A stretch of 35,197 bases of DNA from a bacterium (GTDB taxonomy: Bacteria; Bdellovibrionota_C; UBA2361; CALJRW01): contig JANNBC010000042.1 in NCBI GenBank assembly GCA_031385045.1, forward strand, positions 1-35,197, given 5' to 3'. Shown here in pieces: positions 27,179-35,197 of this stretch. Each line of letters starts with the position of its first letter. The stretch's first letter is position 1. A program made the position numbers and the translations under genes. The notes under the pieces are model-generated. The model made no database searches and was not told where the DNA came from. It was given only the letters and a program-made list of their open reading frames with translations.

Positions 27179-28210
27179 TTATCTAATGTATCTAAAGATA
27201 CTTATCATACCCTGCCCATGAACACCTAAACCACTAAAAATATTAGATATATTTGAGGCTATTTGATTCCTGTACAAGTCTGTATCTATCTTTGATGAAG
27301 AAGCGGTTAAATTAGATTCATGATTAGAGTAAGTATTCTTGATTTCAGACCAGCCTCTTTTCTTAGGTTCGTTTCTCCAGAAAGTTAATTGCTTTTTTGC
27401 GAAGCGTCGGGTGTTTTGAGCGATTAATTGCCCAAGCTCTTTTTGGCTTAATTCACCTGATAGATGCTTAGTTGCTTCTTGGTAGCCAATGCTTCGTAGT
27501 GCCGGGCAGTTGTTTCCATAGTCCTGAATAATCTTATTTGTTTCACTAATTAGTCCTTCAGCTAACATGTCCTCAACTCTTTGATTAATCCTTTGATATA
27601 AAACTTCTCGAGAAATATCGTTTAGTATGATTAATGCTTGGTAATCAATATTTTCAAAGTTATGTTTATTATGCGCGGCACTCACAGTTCCTTGATTGGA
27701 GCCGATGCTTTCTAAGGCCCGAACAACGCGACGTTTATTTTGGAGATCGATTTTTTTACATAGTTCAGGATCTAGATTTTGGAGTTTTGCTACCAGGATT
27801 TCCAGATTCTCAGATTCTAGTTCATTGCGTAATTTAAGATCACTACCCATTTCAGCTGTTAAGCCATGAAGAAGAACTTTAATGTAAAGAGTTGAGCCAC
27901 CAACAAAGATTGGAACCTTACCTCTTGACGCTATGTCTTGGACTAAGTGATCGGCTAATTTTTTATAAGAAGCAACATTAAAGGTTTCTGTTGGTTCTAG
28001 GATGTCAATTAAGTGATGTGGGATGTCCTGTCTTAGATCATAAGCTATTTTGGCACTTCCAATATCAAAATGTTTGTAGATCTGAATCGAGTCGATATTA
28101 ATTATTTCTCCATTTAGTTCTTTGGCTAATTGAAGACTTAATTCTGTTTTGCCACTGGCTGTTGGGCCAGCAATAATGATAATTTTTGGTTTAATCTCAG
28201 ATGCGGCCAA
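27179..28210 (-). CDS. miaA: tRNA dimethylallyltransferase
   Basis: GPTASGKT, DSIQIYK..DIGSAK, PHHLID, VGGS.LY, IGY.E, TRRFAKKQ.T; follows mutL. Confidence 0.96.
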   Translation of the reverse strand: MAASEIKPKIIIIAGPTASGKTELSLQLAKELNGEIINIDSIQIYKHFDIGSAKIAYDLRQDIPHHLIDILEPTETFNVASYKKLADHLVQDIASRGKVPIFVGGSTLYIKVLLHGLTAEMGSDLKLRNELESENLEILVAKLQNLDPELCKKIDLQNKRRVVRALESIGSNQGTVSAAHNKHNFENIDYQALIILNDISREVLYQRINQRVEDMLAEGLISETNKIIQDYGNNCPALRSIGYQEATKHLSGELSQKELGQLIAQNTRRFAKKQLTFWRNEPKKRGWSEIKNTYSNHESNLTASSSKIDTDLYRNQIASNISNIFSGLGVHGQGMISIFRYIR

Positions 28211-29996
28211 AGCTTTTCTCTATTTCGTAATTACTTAATTTGATAATCGTTGGTCGACCATGGGGACAGGCTCCAGCAAATTCGGAATTATCTAGACTAT
28301 CAAATAATGCGGCAACTCCAGCTCGAGAAAGTTGATCTCCAGAGCGTTTGCTAGCGTGGCAAGCAATTCGAGCGCAGATGTAATCAGTGTAATTATCCCA
28401 AGATGGATTAGAATCTAATTCTTCCTCGGCTACAGCTAGCTCCTTAATTAAAGTAATTAGATCTTTTCCTTTTAGGATTGAAGGAATTTCTGAGATTAGA
28501 ATATGCTGTTCCCCTTGTGCTTCAAACCTAAAACCAAAAATAGCTAAATTTTCTTGTTGCTGAAGTAAATTAGCTTGTTGTCCAAAACTTAGACTAACTG
28601 AGATTGGTAATAGTAATATTTGTGAATCCTTATTTCGCTTAAGGAAATTATTTTTTACTTGGTTATAATTAAATCTTTCATGTGCCGCATGGAGATCAAC
28701 AATAAATAAATCTTCTTGATACTCACAGATTAAATAACAACCCAGTGCTTGACCAATAAATTTCAAACTAGAAAACTTAGGATACTCTGCTTCCTGCATT
28801 AGTGGTTGATTCGAAGCATGTTTGACTTCGTTTGTCGGGACATATTGGGTGACCAAGATTTGTTCGGGAAGACTATTGTTTTGAAATACTGGAGTTGGTT
28901 TTGCTTGTAAGTTTAAAGTTAAGTTGGGGGCAGAAGAATAGTTTGCTTGTTCTTGATAGACAGCATTTTGCCAATTAGTAGTCGTATTTTTACTAACCCA
29001 AGAATTTGGAGTGGCAAAGCTCTGGACTGATTGCTTAATACCCTCTTGAATCGACTGAAAAACTATTTGAGGATTTTGAAAACGAACTTCTGATTTTTGA
29101 GGATGAACATTCACATCCACTAATGCTGGTGGTAGCTCAAGATGTAAGAAGCCTTTGGGAAATTCTTTTATTTTCAAGGCAATTCCAAAAGCTTCTTTAA
29201 CAGCTCTTAACACTAGTCGGTCACTTACCAAACGTTTATTTACAATAATCATTAGTCCAGAGGCATCGGCTAATGATAATGAAGGTGCGGACAAGAAGCC
29301 AGTAATAGTTAAATCCCCTACTTGATGATTAATCGTAATTAAAGATTCTGGAAAGATTTTCTTTGTTCGCTCCAAAATTAATTCATTGCCAGGCAGGTTT
29401 AGACTGAGCACATCATCAAAATAAAGTTGTAGTGCAATTTGAGGATTAGCAATGGCAATTGATTGCAGCCAATGTTTGATTTTTAGCTCTTCCGTTCGGT
29501 TAGACTTTAAAAAGTTTTTTCTAGCAGGAGTATTAAAGAACAACTTGGCAACTTCAATGCTTGTACCTTGGTTACAGCTAGTATCTTTGACCTGCTGTAG
29601 CTTGCCACCATTAATAATCAGCAGAGTTCCTGTTGCGTCATCAGCTACCCTAGTTTTTATTTGCATTTTAGAAACTGAGGCAATCGAAGGTAAAGCTTCG
29701 CCTCTAAATCCGAGACTATTGATAAAATTTAAGTCACTCGCTTTACTTAGCTTCGAGGTGGCATGGCGTTCAATTGCAAGTAGAGCATTATCTTTACTCA
29801 TACCAGAGCCATTATCAGAAATCTTAATCAAGCTTCGACCACCGTTGCTGATGTGAATTGTAATCTTTGTTGCTCCAGCATCGAGTGCATTCTCCACTAA
29901 TTCCCGAACGACTGATACTGGACGATCCACAACTTCCCCAGCTGATATCTGGTTAATTGTTAAGTCATCTAAGATTCTAACTTGATTTAGCGCCAT
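28197..29996 (-). CDS. mutL: DNA mismatch repair protein MutL
   Basis: NQISAGEVV.RP, ELVENALDAGA, GFRGEAL, DVNVHP.K.EVRF; endonuclease motifs DLHAAHER, ACH, CPHGRP. Confidence 0.97.
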   Translation of the reverse strand: MALNQVRILDDLTINQISAGEVVDRPVSVVRELVENALDAGATKITIHISNGGRSLIKISDNGSGMSKDNALLAIERHATSKLSKASDLNFINSLGFRGEALPSIASVSKMQIKTRVADDATGTLLIINGGKLQQVKDTSCNQGTSIEVAKLFFNTPARKNFLKSNRTEELKIKHWLQSIAIANPQIALQLYFDDVLSLNLPGNELILERTKKIFPESLITINHQVGDLTITGFLSAPSLSLADASGLMIIVNKRLVSDRLVLRAVKEAFGIALKIKEFPKGFLHLELPPALVDVNVHPQKSEVRFQNPQIVFQSIQEGIKQSVQSFATPNSWVSKNTTTNWQNAVYQEQANYSSAPNLTLNLQAKPTPVFQNNSLPEQILVTQYVPTNEVKHASNQPLMQEAEYPKFSSLKFIGQALGCYLICEYQEDLFIVDLHAAHERFNYNQVKNNFLKRNKDSQILLLPISVSLSFGQQANLLQQQENLAIFGFRFEAQGEQHILISEIPSILKGKDLITLIKELAVAEEELDSNPSWDNYTDYICARIACHASKRSGDQLSRAGVAALFDSLDNSEFAGACPHGRPTIIKLSNYEIEKSFGRI

Positions 29997-31090
29997 TCCG
30001 GTTTTAATTTAATAATCTTTGGGGTGCCATTTATGCCCCCTCTTCTAAATTCAAATTCTAGGGTCTCTTCTGGTTCAAGTTTTTCAATTAGGTTTTCAAC
30101 TTCAAGTTTATTATTTACTCGCTCTCCACCTATCTTATAAATTAAATCAGCAGATTGATAATCTAAATAGAATGATTGTAAATAACCTTTGCTAATATGT
30201 CGCTCCAGTCCTTGAACTTCGGCTTGAGCCGCTGGACTATCTGGGAAGACTCGCCGAACTACTGGCCCTTGGTTGGTATCTGCCAGTACCCAACCAAAGT
30301 CTGGTCTAAGTATTTTACCATTCTTAATTAACTCAGGAAGGATTTTTCTAATTCGATTTATTGGTATTGCAAAGCCAATTCCAGCGGAGTCACCTGATTG
30401 GCTAAGTATCACAGTATTAATTCCAATTAAATTTCCATTACTATCTAATAGTGGTCCTCCAGAATTACCGGGATTGATTGCCGCATCTGTCTGAATTAAT
30501 CCTTTAAGGTAGGTATTCTCTGCTGTTTTTAAAGTACGATCTAGGCTGGAAACTATTCCAGTCGTTAGTGTACGGTTTAATCCAAAGGGATTTCCAATGG
30601 CAAATACTCGCTGACCAACTTCTAATAAATCAGAATCTCCTAATTGAATATCAAAGATCTCGGCAGGTGGATCGATGATTTGTAAAACCGCTAAATCAGA
30701 AGAGGCATCCATTCCTAAGAGTTTGGCTTGATAGGACTTGCTGTCAGATAAAAATATTTCAATTTTTTGAGCATTAGAAATTACATGAAGATTGGTTAGG
30801 ACAATTCCATTCTTAGCATCAATAATTATACCTGATCCCGAACCCTGCTGTTGTTTATATTGTGGAAACCAATCAAAGGGATCGACTGTCATTGAGACAG
30901 TTGAGATAAAGATTACTGCTTGATTAGTTTTTTTATAAACAGCAATGGTATTCTCTTCTTCTGTGGTCCGTGGAGCTGAGATTATATTTGTAGCAGGTTT
31001 GGGAAGTTCAATTTGATTGCTCGGTGGTAAAAGATATGCTCCACCTATAAAAGCTAAAAAGGCAATTAATACTAAATATTTAATCTTCAT
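29987..31090 (-). CDS. HtrA/DegP-family trypsin-like serine protease with PDZ domain
   Basis: N-terminal anchor; TNLHV, DLAVL, IQTDAAINPGNSGGPL triad intact; one PDZ-like domain. Confidence 0.93.
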   Translation of the reverse strand: MKIKYLVLIAFLAFIGGAYLLPPSNQIELPKPATNIISAPRTTEEENTIAVYKKTNQAVIFISTVSMTVDPFDWFPQYKQQQGSGSGIIIDAKNGIVLTNLHVISNAQKIEIFLSDSKSYQAKLLGMDASSDLAVLQIIDPPAEIFDIQLGDSDLLEVGQRVFAIGNPFGLNRTLTTGIVSSLDRTLKTAENTYLKGLIQTDAAINPGNSGGPLLDSNGNLIGINTVILSQSGDSAGIGFAIPINRIRKILPELIKNGKILRPDFGWVLADTNQGPVVRRVFPDSPAAQAEVQGLERHISKGYLQSFYLDYQSADLIYKIGGERVNNKLEVENLIEKLEPEETLEFEFRRGGINGTPKIIKLKPEWR

Positions 31091-33264
31091 AAACTAGCTT
31101 CACCTGATTTACTAATTACGCGCTCTACCTTAATTACTCCAGGTACCATTTCAATTGCCCGGCGGATCTTATTTAAATGTTCCGAATTATTAACCATAAT
31201 TTCAAAATTAATTAAGGCTTTGCGAGTCTCTTGTTGAACTGTCGTATCCGAATAAAGAATACTAACACCACAATTTGAAACCGCCGTACTTACCGCAGCA
31301 AGCAGGCCTGTGCGATCACTGGCAATTAATGTAATTCTAACTTTTCTCTGCTCTTCAACATCAGTCTCCCATTGTACAGGAATGAGGCGTTGCGGATCGC
31401 AGTTCATAATCTGAGTACAGTCTTTGCGGTGAATGGAAACTCCGCGTCCTCTAGTAATAAATCCAATAATTCGGTCTCCCGATAATGGCTCACAACATCT
31501 GGCATAGCGCACAAGAACTTGATCCATTCCAGCAATTTTTACTGGGGCTGAGTTCTTAGATGTTGCTGCCTTTCGGAAGATCCTTTGTAATGGTGTTACT
31601 TCTTCTTCAGCTTCTGTGTGAATTTTTTCAGTTACTTCAGAGTGTGGAAAAATCTTCAGTAAAACATCTTTTACTTTTATTTTTCCGTAGCCAATTTCAG
31701 CAAACAGGTCGCTCTGATGTTGAAATCCAAAAGCATTAGCAACTTGGGTAAACTTATTAGCTTTTTCCAGCTTCTTAAAATTCTGCCCAATAGTTTTGAG
31801 TTCTTTCATTACAAGATCTGTTCCAAAGGCTAAAGATCTAGCTCGCTCAGAAGACTTAAGAAAGGAACGTACTTTCTGCCTAGCCTTGGAAGATTTAGTG
31901 AAATTTAGCCAGTCACGTCTGGGGTTTTGATTGCGATTGGTAATAATTTCGACAGTATCACCATTATTTAGTTGATGACTAAGCTGAACCATTTGTCCGT
32001 TAACCTTAGCACCAGTTGTAGTGTTACCAATATCAGTATGAACATAGTAAGCAAAGTCAATTGGGCAAGATTCAAATGGAAGTCGAATTAAATCACCATT
32101 AGGTGTGAAGACAAAGATATCATCAGGAAAAAGTTCTGCTTTAACAGACTGAATAAATTCATCAGGACTATTTAAGTATGCTTGAGTATCAACAAGATCT
32201 GTAATCCATTTCAAATCAAATCCTTTAGAGTTCTCACCTTCTTTGTATCTCCAATGAGCTGCTACCCCTTCTTCTGCCACGCGGTGCATATCAGGTGTTC
32301 TAATTTGAATTTCAATCCGCTGACCTTCCAGACCAACTACAGTCGTGTGCAGTGATTGGTACATGTTCGGCTTAGGCATGGCGATATAGTCTTTAAACAG
32401 ACCCGGGACAGGTTTCCAGGCGGAGTGAACAATGCCTAAAGTTTCATAACAAGAACGAAGAGTTGGAACAATCACTCGAAATGCTAAAAGATCATGGATT
32501 TCTTCGAAAGAAATTCCTTGTCTTTCCATCTTCTGCCAAATTGAATAGTAGTGCTTAGATCTTCCATAAATTTTTCCGGAGACACCTGATTCCGCCAAAA
32601 CATTTTTAATTGTTTCACTGGTTTTATTAATAAGATTTGTTCTATCGGTCTTGGACTGTTCAAAACTTTGATCAATTTGATGGTAAATTTCTGGGCGCAA
32701 GTGAAGTAGGCAAAGATCTTCTAGTTCTGATTTAACTGGATAAAGCCCTAGACGGTTAGCGATTGGGGCATAAATTTCTTGAGTCTCCAGCGCAATTCTT
32801 TGACGTTTTACTTCGGGAAGGTGCCCGATCGTTCGCATGTTGTGTAGCCGATCGCAGAGCTTTACTAGTACTACGCGAACATCTTGCGCCATGGCGATCA
32901 ACATCTTGCGAAAATTCTCCGCTTGTTTGGCTTCTTTGGAGTCAAAACGAATGTTGGTTAACTTACTTACGCCTTGAACAATTAGTGAGATTTCCGGATT
33001 AAATTCTTTGAGCAGTTCTTCTTCACAAATTGAGCAATCTTCAATTACGTCATGGAGTAATGCGGCAGCAACAGAATCAGTATCTAATTTTAATTCACAG
33101 GCTAGTAGAGCTGTTTCAAAGACGTGAAGGAAATATGGTTCACCACTTGCTCGGACTTGAGTTTCATGGGCTTTAAACGCAAAATTATAAGCTTTTTCCA
33201 ACAATACCAAATCAGGATTGGGGTGGTAGGCTTTAATTTTTTCAGAGAGCTCCTGAAATTGCAT
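31087..33264 (-). CDS. spoT: Bifunctional (p)ppGpp synthetase/hydrolase (long RSH)
   Basis: R.SGEPY..H, LLHDVIED, KL.DRLHNMRT, YQSLHT, EIQIRT, TGS, CC zinc finger, ACT; downstream of rpoZ. Confidence 0.95.
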   Translation of the reverse strand: MQFQELSEKIKAYHPNPDLVLLEKAYNFAFKAHETQVRASGEPYFLHVFETALLACELKLDTDSVAAALLHDVIEDCSICEEELLKEFNPEISLIVQGVSKLTNIRFDSKEAKQAENFRKMLIAMAQDVRVVLVKLCDRLHNMRTIGHLPEVKRQRIALETQEIYAPIANRLGLYPVKSELEDLCLLHLRPEIYHQIDQSFEQSKTDRTNLINKTSETIKNVLAESGVSGKIYGRSKHYYSIWQKMERQGISFEEIHDLLAFRVIVPTLRSCYETLGIVHSAWKPVPGLFKDYIAMPKPNMYQSLHTTVVGLEGQRIEIQIRTPDMHRVAEEGVAAHWRYKEGENSKGFDLKWITDLVDTQAYLNSPDEFIQSVKAELFPDDIFVFTPNGDLIRLPFESCPIDFAYYVHTDIGNTTTGAKVNGQMVQLSHQLNNGDTVEIITNRNQNPRRDWLNFTKSSKARQKVRSFLKSSERARSLAFGTDLVMKELKTIGQNFKKLEKANKFTQVANAFGFQHQSDLFAEIGYGKIKVKDVLLKIFPHSEVTEKIHTEAEEEVTPLQRIFRKAATSKNSAPVKIAGMDQVLVRYARCCEPLSGDRIIGFITRGRGVSIHRKDCTQIMNCDPQRLIPVQWETDVEEQRKVRITLIASDRTGLLAAVSTAVSNCGVSILYSDTTVQQETRKALINFEIMVNNSEHLNKIRRAIEMVPGVIKVERVISKSGEASL

Positions 33265-33558
33265 TCAAACTTTATTAAAACAAATATTTTCAGAGGTACT
33301 TAGACTTTTATTATTTATTACTGCTAATATTTAGACATTATTGAAAAAGTGGAAAATTGATTAACTTTCTACTACTTCAAGCTAAGGATTTATCTAAATC
33401 TAAAGTGAATGATGAACATAATTTCCAGATTTATTGTTTAATAAACCTATGAAAATTCACAATCCATTTCAATAGTAATGTCATTAAAATGACATTACAA
33501 CAATAATCTTGATGCCTAGACAAGGGTTGTCTAGTACAAAGCAACTTACGCTAGAGGA

Positions 33559-33885
33559 TTAATCGTTATCTGAAGAACCAGGTGCAACTTTCATAAAACT
33601 AGGAATAGCATCATTAATACTAATTTCATCATCAGTTCTACGGAAGATACGAGCTTTTTTTGTAGCTTGAACTTGAGCGATATGTTCAGCTTCTTCTTCA
33701 GTTGCCTCGCGCACATCGCCATTAGCAATCTCTCTCAAAGCCAAAACTGCCATCTTATTTTCAACATCAGATATTTTAGGTTTAGCCCCAGAAAGCAATT
33801 GCTTGGTTCTTTTAGCGGCTAAAATTGATAATACAAAACGGTTAGATACTTTTTCTAAACAATCTTCAACGGTTACGCGTGCCAT
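33559..33885 (-). CDS. rpoZ: RNA polymerase omega subunit
   Basis: [17 protein letters not shown]...AAKR.KQL..G, NK.AV.ALREIA.G. Confidence 0.96.
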   Translation of the reverse strand: MARVTVEDCLEKVSNRFVLSILAAKRTKQLLSGAKPKISDVENKMAVLALREIANGDVREATEEEAEHIAQVQATKKARIFRRTDDEISINDAIPSFMKVAPGSSDND

Positions 33886-34177
33886 ATTTCCATCAAATAA
33901 ATATATAGTGAGTCAAAAATAAATTACGTTAAAGACCTAACGCTTCTGCTGGGACTCACTATTAGTGTTGTTTTAGCTATGAAATCTTGGATGAATCCAC
34001 GAATTGCATTAGCCGTAATGAGGTTATTTAATTTACAAATGTAAATTACTCTTAGTCATTACTATAAATATGCTATATTATTACATAATTAATCAAAAAT
34101 TGGCAAGTTTTCTAAAAATCTGAGTGTCTACAGAAACTTTTGATATTATTAGGAATGTCCATTGGTACTTTATATGC

Positions 34178-34214
34178 AAAAAACCCTGCAAACTTTAGAT
34201 CAAAGTTTGCAGGG
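34178..34214 (-). terminator. Intrinsic terminator
   Basis: 13-bp perfect stem CCCTGCAAACTTT/AAAGTTTGCAGGG followed by 6 T on the minus strand. Confidence 0.9.
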
Positions 34215-34230
34215 CTAAGTGTTTAACTTA

Positions 34231-35197
34231 CTACAATCCGCTTAATAAGCGTTGGCAATCCTTTTGAACAATTCTACGAAATTGTTTTGGAGATTGGGTT
34301 GCTGACTTCAGGCTAGTTCTATTAGCTAGTGTTCTTTTAATTTGTAATCGCTCACTAGCTTTTCCAACTTGAAACTTAATCGTCTTATATTTCTTTAAGA
34401 ATCTTTTTGTCTCAGTTGTTAATTGCCCAACACCATTTACAATATTAACTGGAGTAGCACCGGCACAGATTTGACCATCTAACTCAACATTTAATTGAAA
34501 ACTTCCAGTGCCTTGACCATTAAAGTTAAAATATAAGTTACTTCCTGGAATTACTTTTTTAACATAAACACCATTAGCATTAATTGCATAAGCACTAATT
34601 CCAGAGATGTCTGAGCTAGGAGTTACCGGAGGTACAACTTCATTTACTTTACACGTTGGAATGTAACTGATAGCTAAATTATTAGTAATCAAATTGGCAT
34701 CCTTACTAGCGTATGTTGTAACCTCAGCACTGGTAGATCCTTTGATTCCGATAGTTGCAGTTTGAGCATAGCCTAAACTAATACTATCATCGGAAGTTAA
34801 GAAGCTCTGAATTTCTCCCGTAGACTTCAGAACTGTTCTGACATGTAAGTCTCCTTGAAAGCGTCCTTGGTAATGTTTAACTCTCCAGTAAATTACTGCT
34901 TCAGTAGCACTTACGGCAACACGAACTCCATTTGGATCAATCTCTGCTGTAAGATCTGTATGTAAAGCGGCTATTGCATTCTGTGGTGCAGTAGAACTAT
35001 TTAAATAATCGTTACCTGCAGGTTGAGTTTTTGTATAAATCAAACCATTTGGAGAAACGATTACTTTTCTAAGATTTACTCCATAGAATGGAAAGTCAAA
35101 AGGTAAATCAATTGTGTGAAAGTTATACTCGTCTGCTTGAATCACAATCGGAGTAGAGTCAGCACTTAAGCTTGGTTGAGAATTAATATTCTTAACT
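34231..35197 (-). CDS. C-terminal part of a large, probably extracellular protein with a nidogen-like beta domain (partial)
   Basis: Frame stays open from 35145 to the window edge; IDLPFDFPFYG....V.VS.NGLI and IAALHTDL match the NIDO-like motif; basic C-terminus. Confidence 0.7.
   Translation of the reverse strand, partial: VKNINSQPSLSADSTPIVIQADEYNFHTIDLPFDFPFYGVNLRKVIVSPNGLIYTKTQPAGNDYLNSSTAPQNAIAALHTDLTAEIDPNGVRVAVSATEAVIYWRVKHYQGRFQGDLHVRTVLKSTGEIQSFLTSDDSISLGYAQTATIGIKGSTSAEVTTYASKDANLITNNLAISYIPTCKVNEVVPPVTPSSDISGISAYAINANGVYVKKVIPGSNLYFNFNGQGTGSFQLNVELDGQICAGATPVNIVNGVGQLTTETKRFLKKYKTIKFQVGKASERLQIKRTLANRTSLKSATQSPKQFRRIVQKDCQRLLSGL

Noticed and set aside
1319..33002. Other short ORFs nested in or antisense to long genes (1319, 3270, 6345, 6951, 11228, 20957, 23773, 27634, 29452, 30273, 32484, 32763)
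   Set aside because: They overlap well-supported genes or repeats and show no recognisable motifs.
33953..33965. GACTCACTATTAG resembles a T7 promoter core
   Set aside because: Lacks upstream TAATAC, no phage or vector context, and is explained as one arm of a local inverted repeat.

Overview
AT-rich Gram-negative bacterial chromosomal segment; the RpoZ, HflX and DNA-methylase-family sequences look deltaproteobacterial/Bdellovibrionota-like (inference only). From left to right: the left end of an IS3-family element cut by the window edge; a surface-glycosylation cassette (GT-C membrane transferase, two SAM methyltransferases flanking a GtrB/ArnC-like GT2, and a GT87); a histone-H1-like Lys/Ala protein; clpB; a J-domain protein; tRNA-Met; a 311-bp highly structured MITE-like element; corA and hflX converging on a 123-bp-period tandem repeat; a second, truncated inverted copy of the MITE upstream of hflX; a CobB/CbiA-like and a DNA-methyltransferase-like gene; a PLP aminotransferase; an SCP2-domain protein; coaE; an M50-CBS protein; lpxL; a TPR lipoprotein; queG; a secreted Asp-rich protein; tRNA-Glu; infA; accA; an ArnT-like transferase; an Flp pilin missed by the ORF track; the spoT-htrA-mutL-miaA operon; rpoZ; and the 3' part of a large protein. 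Most interesting: (1) the folded TIR-bounded element with nested REP-like hairpins, whose two inverted copies bracket corA and hflX; (2) three intact ORFs that have lost their catalytic residues (CobB-like, DNA MTase-like, site-2-protease-like), two of them tightly adjacent. All family assignments are from motif recognition by eye, with no database searches.
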